DNA of 61,692 bases, the filler included, from Thermodesulfobacteriota bacterium (GTDB taxonomy: Bacteria > DASVDK01), in assembly GCA_036381125.1 (NCBI GenBank). It is 4 parts of 4 records of this genome, joined end to end, with 100 filler letters (N's around TTAATTAATTAA, not from the genome) between each part and the next. Parts side by side here need not be neighbours in the genome. Positions count along the whole stretch, not along the records: positions 16,220 to 39,248 come from DASVDK010000302.1; positions 39,349 to 53,463 come from DASVDK010000303.1; 2 more parts are not named here. The stretch is one strand, 5' to 3'. This document shows, one piece after another, positions 38,365 through 47,271 of this stretch. The first letter of the stretch is position 1; each line of letters opens with the position of its first letter. The notes beneath the pieces are model-generated. The model was not told where the DNA came from. It worked only from the letters and a program-made list of their open reading frames with translations, and did no database searches. The translations under genes and the position numbers were made by a program.

Positions 38365-39246
38365 TTACGTCCGCCCTCCGCCGGACGCCGTCGCCCCGGA
38401 CGCGACGCATCGGAAGGTCGCGTAGACGAAGGGATAGCGGGGCCGGAACCAGTTCCGGAAGGTCCGGCGCACCAGCGGCCCGGCCGTTGCCGGCGAGGCG
38501 CCCTTGAGGACGTAGTGCTCGCCGTCGAAGAAGTCGGCCGAGTACTCGGGGTAGGCCCACATGGGCCGAAAGCCCGGGAAGCCCTCGAAGGGCGTGCTCG
38601 TCCACTCCCAGCCGTTGCCCACGAGGTCGTGCACGCCCCAGGCGCTTCGCCCCGCGGGGAACGACCCCACCGGCACCGGGTCCCAGTGGCGGAAGTCGAA
38701 GTTGCCCCGGGCGGCGTCGGCCGGCGCGTCGCCCCACGGATGCGGCCGCTCCCCGCCCGACGGCGTCCCGTACGCGGCCCGGTGGAACTCGGCCTCGGTC
38801 GCTAGCCGCCGGCCCTGCCACCGCGCGTATGCCGTGGCCTCCGCGTGGCTGACGTACACCGGCCAGTGCGGCGGGAGCGGGACGGGCTCGAACAGGCCGC
38901 GCCAGTACCACCGGTCGTCGCGTCGCTCCCAGAACGGGGGATGCCGGTCCGGCTTCCCCTCGAGCCAGCGCCAGGCCTCGGCGTCCCACCACCGTGCGTC
39001 CCGGTAACCCTCCGCCTCGACGAAGGCGAGATACTCCGCGTTCGTGACGTTGTGCGCGTCGATCTCGAACTCGGCGACCTCGGTCCGGTGCGCGGGGAAC
39101 TCGTTGTCCCACCCGAAGGCCGTCCGTCCGGGCTCGGCTCCGAGCGTGGCGGCGCCCGCGGGGATGCGGACCGGTCCGGCCGGGGGCCGCTCGCCGCCGA
39201 CGACCGGGTCGGCGCCGGGCGGTCGTCGCTTCTGCTCGTAGGGGAG
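38365..39246 (-). CDS. egtB: EgtB/SUMF1-family sulfoxide synthase, C-terminal part (5'-truncated by the contig end)
   Basis: Frame open to the gap; FGWDNE, VTNAEY, PVYVSHAEA, GNGWEWT, YPEYSADFF and RNWF; adjacent to egtD. Confidence 0.82.
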   Translation of the reverse strand, partial: LPYEQKRRPPGADPVVGGERPPAGPVRIPAGAATLGAEPGRTAFGWDNEFPAHRTEVAEFEIDAHNVTNAEYLAFVEAEGYRDARWWDAEAWRWLEGKPDRHPPFWERRDDRWYWRGLFEPVPLPPHWPVYVSHAEATAYARWQGRRLATEAEFHRAAYGTPSGGERPHPWGDAPADAARGNFDFRHWDPVPVGSFPAGRSAWGVHDLVGNGWEWTSTPFEGFPGFRPMWAYPEYSADFFDGEHYVLKGASPATAGPLVRRTFRNWFRPRYPFVYATFRCVASGATASGGGRT

Positions 39247-39248
39247 GC

Positions 39249-39348
39249 NNNNNNNNNNNNNNNNNNNNNNNNNNNNNNNNNNNNNNNNNNNNTTAATTAA
39301 TTAANNNNNNNNNNNNNNNNNNNNNNNNNNNNNNNNNNNNNNNNNNNN
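39249..39348. other. Artificial contig linker
   Basis: N-run + TTAATTAATTAA + N-run. Confidence 0.97.
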
Positions 39349-40515
39349 AGCCGCTTCGCGGGGCAGGCCGCCTATCTGGCCGCGGTGGTCCTCGACGATC
39401 AGGGCGAGGCCGAGGAGGCGCGGGCGCGGTTCCGCTCGCTCGCCGACCGGGCGGGGCGGGCGCCGCTGGCGGCCGACGCGCTCTGGAACGTCGCCTGGGG
39501 GGCCTATCGAGCCGGCGACCTCGCGGCTGCCGGCGAGATCCTCGGCGAGATCGTGCAGCGCTTCGCCGGCAGCGACGCCGCCGACCGGGCGCTCTACTGG
39601 CTTGCCCGCACCGAGCTCAAGCTCGGCGAGATCGCCCTCGCCGTGCCGCGCCTGCAGGACCTCGTGGCGCGCCGGCCGCTCAGCTACTACGGCATCCAGG
39701 CCTCCCGCCGGCTCGAGGAGGTCGACCGCGAGGCGGCGGCCGGGAACCCGACGCGCGCGAACCGCCCGGCGCCGCCGCCCGAACCGGAGTGCTGCGGCGT
39801 GCTCGCGGCGCGTCCGGTCGCATCGCCGGTCCTCGAGCGGGCGACCGTGCTCGTGCAGCTCGGGCTCCTCGCCGAGGCGCGCACGGAGCTTGCCGCCGTC
39901 CACCGGCGCGGCGGCGACGTGCCGCCGCTCGAGGTCGCGCGCCTCCTCCATGCCGCCGGCGACTACAGCCGGCCGCTGGCCATCGCGAGGGGGCTTGCCG
40001 GCGTGCCGCTCGAGCGGCTCGGCCTCGATCCCGACGGGCGGCTCTTCGCGCTCGCCTTCCCGCGAGGCTACCGGGACGCGGTGGAGGCGGAAGCGCGCGC
40101 GGCCGGCGTGCCGGTTCACCTCGCGTACGCGATCATCCGGGCCGAGAGCCACTTCGACCCGGAGGCCGTGTCGCCGGTGGGGGCTCGCGGCCTCATGCAG
40201 CTCATGCCGGCCACCGCGGAGAGCCTCGCGGCGACGGTGGGCCTCGCGCCCTTCGACCCGCAAGCGCTCTTCTCGCCCGCCGCGAACCTCCGCGTCGGCA
40301 TCACCCTGCTCGGCCGGCTCCTCGCGCGCTACCCCGGGCGGCCGTACCTCGCGATGGCGGCCTACAACGCCGGCCCCGAGGCCGTGAGCCGGTGGCTCGC
40401 CGCCTTCGGCAACCTCCCCGAGGACGAGTTCGTCGAGTCGATCCCCTACACGGAGACGCGCGGGTACGTCATGAAGGTCACGGCCTTCTGGAAGACGTAC
40501 GACGCGCTGTACTGA
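39349..40515 (+). CDS. Soluble lytic transglycosylase with TPR-like repeats (5'-truncated)
   Basis: IIRAESHF, GARGLMQLMP, AAYNAGP and IPYTETRGYV. Confidence 0.9.
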   Translation, partial: SRFAGQAAYLAAVVLDDQGEAEEARARFRSLADRAGRAPLAADALWNVAWGAYRAGDLAAAGEILGEIVQRFAGSDAADRALYWLARTELKLGEIALAVPRLQDLVARRPLSYYGIQASRRLEEVDREAAAGNPTRANRPAPPPEPECCGVLAARPVASPVLERATVLVQLGLLAEARTELAAVHRRGGDVPPLEVARLLHAAGDYSRPLAIARGLAGVPLERLGLDPDGRLFALAFPRGYRDAVEAEARAAGVPVHLAYAIIRAESHFDPEAVSPVGARGLMQLMPATAESLAATVGLAPFDPQALFSPAANLRVGITLLGRLLARYPGRPYLAMAAYNAGPEAVSRWLAAFGNLPEDEFVESIPYTETRGYVMKVTAFWKTYDALY

Positions 40516-40526
40516 TGGCGGACCCC

Positions 40527-40555
40527 TTGACGGCACTCCGTCGCACCGGTACCGT
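40527..40555 (+). promoter_or_regulatory. Sigma70-type promoter TTGACG-N17-TACCGT
   Basis: Consensus-like boxes; ATG 7 nt downstream. Confidence 0.6.
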
Positions 40556-40562
40556 CCCGCCC

Positions 40563-40652
40563 ATGACCCGGGCCGAGCCGACCGAGCGGGTCGTCACGAT
40601 CGCCGCCGCGCGGGCGTCCCGACTCCGCGGCGGCAAGGAGGCGGTCCGCTGA
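40563..40652 (+). CDS. Putative leaderless 29-aa uORF (MTRAEPTERVVTIAAARASRLRGGKEAVR)
   Basis: Starts at the predicted TSS; GC3-rich codons; its stop overlaps the CTG of the next gene. Confidence 0.5.
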   Translation: MTRAEPTERVVTIAAARASRLRGGKEAVR

Positions 40653-41578
40653 AGCACGACACCCCCCTCGTCCTGGCGCGCGGGCTCACCAAGCGGTACG
40701 GCCCGGTCGTGGCCGTGGACGCGATCGACTTCGACATCGTCGAGGGCGAGTGCGTCGGCTTCCTCGGCCCCAACGGCGCGGGCAAGACCTCGACGATGGG
40801 CATGCTCTACGGCCGCGTGTCGATCACGGGCGGGACGCTCACGGTCGCCGGCCTCGACGTGGCCGCCCACGGGCCCGAGGTCAGGCGCCTCACCGGCGTC
40901 GTCGCGCAGGACGACACGACCGACCACGACCTCGACGTGGAGGGCAACCTCCTCTCGTACGCCCGATACTTCGGGATCACCGGGCGGGCGGCCCGCGAGC
41001 GCGCCGACGAGCTGCTCGACTTCTTCCAGCTCGCCGAGCGCCGCCACGCCAGGATCGACGACCTCTCGGGCGGCCTCAAGCGCCGCGTCATGATCGCCCG
41101 CGGCCTCGTGAACGCCCCGCGCCTGCTCATCCTCGACGAGCCGACGACCGGTCTCGACCCGCAGGCGCGCCAGGCGGTCTGGCAGCGGCTGCGCGCCCTG
41201 CGGCGCGGCGGCGTCACCATGGTGCTGACGACGCACTACATGGAGGAGGCCGCCCAGCTCTGCGACCGCATCATCCTGATGGGCAAGGGGAGGATCCTCC
41301 TCGAGGGGACGCCCGCGGAACTCGTGCGCGAGCGGGCCGGGGAGCAGGTGGTCGAGATCCACGAGCCCGAGGCCGGGCGGCGGGCGGCGCTCGCCGCGCG
41401 CATCGACGGGCTTGCCGAGGTGGAGCAGTCGGCCGACGCCCTCTACCTTTACGGGGCCGACGGTCGGGCGCTCCTCGACCGGGTGCTCCGGCTCGCGCCG
41501 GGGGCGCAGGCGCGGCTGCGGCCCGCCAACCTCGAGGACGTCTACCTCCGGCTCACCGGACGGGAACTCGCCGCGTGA
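40649..41578 (+). CDS. ABC exporter ATPase (NodI/DrrA-like); probable CTG start
   Basis: GPNGAGKT, LSGGLKRR, LDEPTTGLDP, TTHYMEEA and NLEDVYL.LTG; AGGAGG 7 nt before the CTG. Confidence 0.88.
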   Translation: MKHDTPLVLARGLTKRYGPVVAVDAIDFDIVEGECVGFLGPNGAGKTSTMGMLYGRVSITGGTLTVAGLDVAAHGPEVRRLTGVVAQDDTTDHDLDVEGNLLSYARYFGITGRAARERADELLDFFQLAERRHARIDDLSGGLKRRVMIARGLVNAPRLLILDEPTTGLDPQARQAVWQRLRALRRGGVTMVLTTHYMEEAAQLCDRIILMGKGRILLEGTPAELVRERAGEQVVEIHEPEAGRRAALAARIDGLAEVEQSADALYLYGADGRALLDRVLRLAPGAQARLRPANLEDVYLRLTGRELAA

Positions 41579-42414
41579 GCGTCGCGAGCGCGTCGACAGC
41601 CGTGGACGCCCGCCGCTCGCCGCTCGCGCTGCTGGCCTGGCCGCGCCCCTCGCGGCTCGTCCTCGCGATCCTGCGGCGCCACGTCGACGTCTTCCGGCGC
41701 ACCTACGCCACCAACCTCCTGCCGCACTTCGTCGACCCGCTCCTGTGGCTCGCGGCCTTCGGCCTCGGCCTCGGCGGCTACATGCCGGCCATCCGCGGCG
41801 TCGACTACCTCCAGTGGTTCGCGCCGGCGATGCTCGTCTCGTCGGCGATGTGGTCGGCCGCCTACGAGTGCACGTACGGGACGTACATCCGGCTCAAGTA
41901 CCCGCCGCTCTTCGAGTCGATGCTGGCGGCCCCGACGACGCTCGCCGACGTCGCCTACTCGGAGGTCCTCTGGGCGGGGGGCAAGAGCGCGGCCTACAGC
42001 GCGATCATCCTGACCGTACTCGCCGTGGTCGGGCTCATCCCCGCCTGGACCGGGCTCCTCATCCCGGTCGCCATCCTGGCGGAGGGGATCATCATCGCGT
42101 CGATCTCGCTCGTCTTCGCGGCGACGGTCCGCACCATCGACGCCTTCGCCTTCTACTACACCCTCGGGGTGACGCCGATGTTCGTGCTCTCGGGGATCTT
42201 CTTCCCGCTCGACCAGTTGCCGGTCGCGCTCCAGTGGCTGGCCTGGCTGAACCCGCTGGCGCACACGGCGGTCGTGGCGCGGGGCCTCGCGCTCGACTCG
42301 GACGCATTCGCACTCGGGGCCGAGGTGCTGCGGAGCCTCCTCTGGCTGGCCGTGGCAATGGCGGTGACGCTGCCGATCGGCGTGAACCTCATGCGGCGGC
42401 GCCTTGCGCGATGA
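41575..42414 (+). CDS. ABC-2 permease (NodJ-like)
   Basis: PLLWL.AFGLGLG, YLQWFAP, PMF.LSGIFFPL..LP and NPL.H; GTGA overlap. Confidence 0.88.
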   Translation: MSVASASTAVDARRSPLALLAWPRPSRLVLAILRRHVDVFRRTYATNLLPHFVDPLLWLAAFGLGLGGYMPAIRGVDYLQWFAPAMLVSSAMWSAAYECTYGTYIRLKYPPLFESMLAAPTTLADVAYSEVLWAGGKSAAYSAIILTVLAVVGLIPAWTGLLIPVAILAEGIIIASISLVFAATVRTIDAFAFYYTLGVTPMFVLSGIFFPLDQLPVALQWLAWLNPLAHTAVVARGLALDSDAFALGAEVLRSLLWLAVAMAVTLPIGVNLMRRRLAR

Positions 42415-42475
42415 GCCGGGTCACGGTTCGCGGCACCGTTGTGCAGGGGGGGGTATGGACGGTAGAATGCGCGTG

Positions 42476-43057
42476 ATGTCGTTGCGGGGTCGTCCCCACC
42501 TTGCCGCCCTCGGGGCGGCGCTCGTCCTGGCCGGATGCGCCACCCTCGAGACGCGCGATCCCGCCTTCCCGCCCGCGGGGCCGCCCGAGGCGCCGTCGGC
42601 GCCGATGAGCCGCCCGGAACCGGCCGCCTACGTGCCGCAAGGTCCGCTGGTCCTGCCGGCCACCGAGGGGCAGCCGCCGCATCGGGCCGCCTCGCTGCGC
42701 ATCGTCGAGCGGGCGGCGCACGACCTCGCCGCCGGGCGAGACGACGCCGCGGCGCGCCAGCTCGATCGGGCCATTCGCCTCGATCCGAGCAACCCCTACG
42801 CCTTCTACCTCATCGCGCTCCATCGGCATCGCCAGGGCGTGTTCGACCAGTCGCTCGCGTTCGCCCGCAAGGCGGAGATCCTCCTGCGCGACGACCCGTC
42901 CTGGCTCGCCGAGACCTACCTGCTCATGGCGCTCAACCAGGAGGCGCTCGGCCGTCCGCGCGAGGCCCTCCGGCTCTACGAAGCGGCGCTCGCCATCGAG
43001 CCCGACCGGGGGCTCGCCCGCGGCCGGGTGGCGGAACTCAGGCGCGCGTTGCCGTGA
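42476..43057 (+). CDS. TPR-containing lipoprotein
   Basis: LAGC lipobox; TPR-like RAIRLDPSNP and ALAIEP; TAGAAT 7 nt upstream. Confidence 0.78.
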   Translation: MSLRGRPHLAALGAALVLAGCATLETRDPAFPPAGPPEAPSAPMSRPEPAAYVPQGPLVLPATEGQPPHRAASLRIVERAAHDLAAGRDDAAARQLDRAIRLDPSNPYAFYLIALHRHRQGVFDQSLAFARKAEILLRDDPSWLAETYLLMALNQEALGRPREALRLYEAALAIEPDRGLARGRVAELRRALP

Positions 43058-43149
43058 ACGGTACGCACGTGGCGTCGCACCGGGACGATGTCACGACCAG
43101 CGGTGCTCCCGGGGCAGGGGCGCTCGCCCCAGACGAGGATCGACAGCCC

Positions 43150-44463
43150 TTGAAGAAGTCATTCGTCCTCGACACCAACGTCCTCCTGTACGACCCGCAG
43201 GCGATCTTCCGGTTCGAGGACAACGACGTCATCATCCCCATCACCGTCATCGAGGAGATCGACCGGTTCAAGAAGGACGGCAACGAGACCGGCCGCAACG
43301 CGCGTCAGGTGTCGCGCTACCTCGACCGGCTGCGCACCGAGGGCCACCTCTCCGAGGGCGTCCGGCTGCCGCAGGGCGGGATGCTGCGGGTCGAGATGGG
43401 CCAGGAGGAGCGCGACGGCCTGCCGCCCGACGACCCGGCCAAGCACGACAACCGCATCCTCGCGATCGCCCTCGACGTGATGCGGCGCAACGGGCAGCCG
43501 GTCGTGTTCGTTACGAAGGACACGAACCTGCGCATCAAGGCCGACGCGGTCAGCCTGAAGGCCGAGGACTACGAGAGCGACAAGGTCTCCATCGACGAGG
43601 TCTACAGCGGCGTCCGCGAGGTGACCGTTCCGGGCGACGTCGTGGACGCGTTCTACGCCCAGGGCGAGGCGCGGATGCCGGACCTCGACCTCTACCCGAA
43701 CCAGTTCGTCATCATGCGCGACGGCGCCGCGCCGAACCACACCGCCATCGGCAAGTACGTCCACAGGGACGGCCGCATCGTCCCCATCGGCAAGCGCAAG
43801 GAGGCGGTCTGGGGGATCCTCCCGCGCAACCGCGAGCAGCTCTTCGCGCTCGATCTCCTGCTGAACGACGAGGTCCAGCTCGTCACCCTCCTCGGCAAGG
43901 CCGGCACCGGCAAGACGCTCCTCGCCCTGGCCGCCGGGCTCCACAAGACCGCGGAGGAGGGCAAGTACCAGCGGATGCTCGTCTCCCGGCCGATCTTCCC
44001 GCTCGGCCGCGACATCGGCTTCCTGCCGGGCGACGTGAACGAGAAGCTCAAGCCCTGGATGCAGCCGATCTTCGACAACGTGGAGCTCCTCATGGGCGGC
44101 ATCGAGGGGCGGGGCAAGAAGATGCACCGCGGCTACCAGGAGCTGATCGACATGGGCATGCTCGAGATCGAGCCGCTCACCTACATCCGCGGCCGGAGCA
44201 TCCCCAATCAGTTCCTGCTCGTCGACGAGGCCCAGAACCTGACGCCGCACGAGATCAAGACCATCGTCTCGCGCGCCGGCGAGGACACCAAGCTCGTCCT
44301 CACGGGTGATCCCTACCAGATCGACAACCCGTACGTCGACTCGGACTCGAACGGGCTCACCTACCTGGTCGAGAAGTTCAAGGGTGAGCCGATCGCCGGC
44401 CACGTCACGCTGGTCAAGGGCGAGCGCAGCCGGCTCGCCGAGCTGGCCGCCAACCTCCTGTGA
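43150..44463 (+). CDS. PhoH family protein with N-terminal PIN domain (PhoH2/YlaK-like)
   Basis: FVLDTNVL, DNRIL, TKD.NLR, GKAGTGKT, YIRGRS and DEAQN; alternative GTG start at 43054. Confidence 0.92.
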   Translation: MKKSFVLDTNVLLYDPQAIFRFEDNDVIIPITVIEEIDRFKKDGNETGRNARQVSRYLDRLRTEGHLSEGVRLPQGGMLRVEMGQEERDGLPPDDPAKHDNRILAIALDVMRRNGQPVVFVTKDTNLRIKADAVSLKAEDYESDKVSIDEVYSGVREVTVPGDVVDAFYAQGEARMPDLDLYPNQFVIMRDGAAPNHTAIGKYVHRDGRIVPIGKRKEAVWGILPRNREQLFALDLLLNDEVQLVTLLGKAGTGKTLLALAAGLHKTAEEGKYQRMLVSRPIFPLGRDIGFLPGDVNEKLKPWMQPIFDNVELLMGGIEGRGKKMHRGYQELIDMGMLEIEPLTYIRGRSIPNQFLLVDEAQNLTPHEIKTIVSRAGEDTKLVLTGDPYQIDNPYVDSDSNGLTYLVEKFKGEPIAGHVTLVKGERSRLAELAANLL

Positions 44464-44632
44464 CCGGCGAGCCGCGTCGTCGTGACCGACGGCGTCTCGT
44501 CCAGGTCTTGCGTTGAACGAAAGAGCATCTACGAAGTCTTGTGGCCGTGGTATAGTCTGGGCCTTGCTGCGGTCTGCCGCTCCGTGTGCCCATTGGCGGC
44601 GGATGGGATCCCTCCCGAACCCGGAATGTGCC

Positions 44633-45568
44633 ATGACCGTTCGAGTTCAGGAATCGGAGCGTAAGGGGCGGTCGGTCGCCAGAGAAGTCAACGGGGTGAG
44701 GTACTCGCTCCACCTGGTCGACTGCTTCGCGTGGATGCAGGAGGCTCGTGCCTGCTCCGTTCACGCCATCGTGACCGATCCGCCGTACGGGCTACGCGAG
44801 TACACGGAGGAGGAGAAGGCCAAGCTGAGGCGCCGGAGGGGCGGGATCTGGCGCATCCCGCCGACCTTCGACGGATGCCGGCGCTCTCCGCTGCCGCGCT
44901 TCACGGTGCTGACCGAAGCCGATCGGGCGGCGTTGCGGGCGTTCTTCTCCCGCTTCGCGACGCTCGCGTTTCGAGTCCTGGTGCCGGGCGGGCACGTGAT
45001 CGTCGCGACGAACCCGCTCCTGTCGCACCTGGTGTACCTGCCGCTCATGGAAGCGGGCTTCGAGAAGCGAGGGGAGATCATCAGGCTCGTGCGAACGCTT
45101 CGGGGCGGCGATCGACCGAAGAACGCGCACGACGAGTTCGCCGAAGTCACCGTCATGCCGCGCTCGTCCTGGGAGCCGTGGGGGCTCTTCCGGAAGCCGT
45201 GCGAGGGGCGTGTCCAGGACAATCTTCGGAAGTGGAGGACCGGCGGGCTGCGGCGCCCGTCGTCGCTGGTGCCGTTTTCGGACGTCATCGTGTCGGCCCC
45301 GACGCGCCCCGAGGAACGTGCGATCGCGCCTCACCCCTCGCTCAAGCCCCAGGCGTTCATGCGGCAGATCGTGCGCGCGTCTCTGCCCATGGGCGAGGGC
45401 GTGGTGCTGGATCCGTTCATGGGCGCCGGATCGACCATTGCCGCGGCGATCGCCGTCGGCTACGAGAGCATCGGGTTGGAAGTGGACGACGTCTTCTTCG
45501 AGGTTGCTGAACGTGCCGTCCCGCGGCTGTCCACCTTCGGCAGGGTCGTTCAGCAGTCCTTCGTTTGA
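44633..45568 (+). CDS. N4/N6 DNA methyltransferase, beta class
   Basis: TDPPY (motif IV) precedes HPSLKP and VLDPFMGAGST (motif I). Confidence 0.92.
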   Translation: MTVRVQESERKGRSVAREVNGVRYSLHLVDCFAWMQEARACSVHAIVTDPPYGLREYTEEEKAKLRRRRGGIWRIPPTFDGCRRSPLPRFTVLTEADRAALRAFFSRFATLAFRVLVPGGHVIVATNPLLSHLVYLPLMEAGFEKRGEIIRLVRTLRGGDRPKNAHDEFAEVTVMPRSSWEPWGLFRKPCEGRVQDNLRKWRTGGLRRPSSLVPFSDVIVSAPTRPEERAIAPHPSLKPQAFMRQIVRASLPMGEGVVLDPFMGAGSTIAAAIAVGYESIGLEVDDVFFEVAERAVPRLSTFGRVVQQSFV

Positions 45569-46206
45569 GGAACCAGCGGACGGACGGGTTCGATCCTTCC
45601 GTCCCTCTCCCGCCGCAGCTGAAGCTCTCGCACATCCGAGAGGCCATCGCCTATATCGAGGAGCGCGCCGACGACTTCGTCGACGTGTACTACGAGCAAT
45701 CCAATGTCTTCAGCGCACTCATCGGGATACTCGGCACCTCTGCCCTGAATGCGCTGAGCCCGTACAAGAAGCACAAGCACCCTGACGTCGCCCAGCAGCG
45801 CTTTCCCGACCTCTCACTCGACGGTAAGCTGAACCCCCCTCCCAAGCAGTGCCTGGAGTCCAAGGCGAGCAGCCGGCCGTGGGAGATCCAATCCCACTAT
45901 AACCACGCGGGTTGGTACATTATCTGGCGATACGCCGTGGATCCCACGCGACGGATGAAGCCGCCCCGACGGGTCCTGATCTGGCGCGTAGACGTCGTGT
46001 ACCTCGGCACGGAGGACTGGAAGTACGAGAAGAGCAAGGCCGAGCAAGGCAAGGGCGGCAGGACGCACACCTTCGGCGTGCCGAGGCCGAAGGAGCGGCT
46101 CGAGAACGCGATCGTCTATCAAGCACCGGGAATCGGTCTGTCCCGGGGAAGGCCTACGTTGGGTGCGGAACAGCTCCCGGCGCGACTCGTGCGGCAGGGC
46201 TCGTGA
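45565..46206 (+). CDS. Putative type II restriction endonuclease (PD-(D/E)xK)
   Basis: Overlaps the methylase stop (TTGA); FPDL...LESKAS motif; atypical codon usage. Confidence 0.65.
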   Translation: MRNQRTDGFDPSVPLPPQLKLSHIREAIAYIEERADDFVDVYYEQSNVFSALIGILGTSALNALSPYKKHKHPDVAQQRFPDLSLDGKLNPPPKQCLESKASSRPWEIQSHYNHAGWYIIWRYAVDPTRRMKPPRRVLIWRVDVVYLGTEDWKYEKSKAEQGKGGRTHTFGVPRPKERLENAIVYQAPGIGLSRGRPTLGAEQLPARLVRQGS

Positions 46207-46227
46207 CGGCGTGATCGGGTGCCTCCC

Positions 46228-47244
46228 ATGATCGTCCTCGGCGTCGAGACATCGTGCGACGAGACCGCGGCGGCGGTCGTCGAGGGGGGGCGCGTCCGGT
46301 CGTCCGTCGTCGCCTCGCAGGTGGAGCTGCACGGGCCGTGGGGCGGGGTGGTGCCGGAGCTGGCCTCGCGGCGGCATCTCGAAGCGGTCCTCCCGGTCAT
46401 GCGGGCGGCGGTCGAGCGGGCCGGGCTTTCCGGCTTCGAGGCGATCGAGGGGGTCGCGGTCACCCAGGGCCCGGGGCTCGTGGGGGCGCTCCTCGTCGGC
46501 CTTGCCGCGGCCAAGGGGTTCGCGTACGCCCGACGGCTCCCCTTCGTCGGCGTCCACCATCACGAGGCGCACCTGCACGCGATCCGCCTCGAGTACCCCG
46601 ACCTCGGCTACCCGTTCGTGGGGCTCCTCGTCTCGGGGGGCCACACGAGCCTGCACCTCGCCGAAGGGCTCGGCCGCTACCGGCTCCTCGGCCGCACGGT
46701 GGACGACGCGGCGGGCGAGGCGTTCGACAAGGGGGCCAAGCTCCTCGGCCTCGGCTATCCGGGCGGGGCCGTGATCGATCGCCTGGCGAGGGGCGGCGAC
46801 CCGGCGCGGGTGCGCTTCCCGCGCGCGCGCCTGGGGCCCCCCACGGGCCCGGAGCCGCTCGACTTCTCCTTCTCGGGGCTCAAGACGGCGCTTCGCCAGC
46901 GGGTGGAGCGGGGGGAGGTCCCGGCCCGCGAGACGCCGGCCTTCGCCGACCTCGTGGCCGGCTTCCAGGAGGCGATCGTCGAGCCGCTCGTCGACAAGGC
47001 GATGCAGGCGACGCGCGACACCGGCGTGCGCCGGCTCGTCGCCGCGGGCGGCGTGGCGGCCAACAGCCGGCTCAGGGGACGCCTCTCCGAGGCGTGCGCG
47101 CGGGAGGGGGTCGCCCTCTTCATCCCGTCGCTCCACCTCTGCACCGACAACGCGGCCATGGTCGCGGGGCTCGGCGAGGCCTACTTCGCCGCGGGCCGCC
47201 GCAGCGGCTGGGACGCCGACGCCCGGCCCGACTGGCGCCTGTAG
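46228..47244 (+). CDS. tsaD: tRNA N6-adenosine threonylcarbamoyltransferase
   Basis: LGVETSCDET, GGVVPELASR.H, HHHEAH, VSGGHT, DDAAGEAFDK, FSFSGLKT and CTDNAAM. Confidence 0.96.
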   Translation: MIVLGVETSCDETAAAVVEGGRVRSSVVASQVELHGPWGGVVPELASRRHLEAVLPVMRAAVERAGLSGFEAIEGVAVTQGPGLVGALLVGLAAAKGFAYARRLPFVGVHHHEAHLHAIRLEYPDLGYPFVGLLVSGGHTSLHLAEGLGRYRLLGRTVDDAAGEAFDKGAKLLGLGYPGGAVIDRLARGGDPARVRFPRARLGPPTGPEPLDFSFSGLKTALRQRVERGEVPARETPAFADLVAGFQEAIVEPLVDKAMQATRDTGVRRLVAAGGVAANSRLRGRLSEACAREGVALFIPSLHLCTDNAAMVAGLGEAYFAAGRRSGWDADARPDWRL

Positions 47245-47271
47245 CGCCGGCTCGGGCGGTAGAATCCCTCC

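Noticed and set aside
44488-46212. 8-bp direct repeat GACGGCGT flanking the RM islet as a target-site duplication
   Set aside because: Such a short GC-rich word is expected by chance, and there is no recombinase or terminal inverted repeat.
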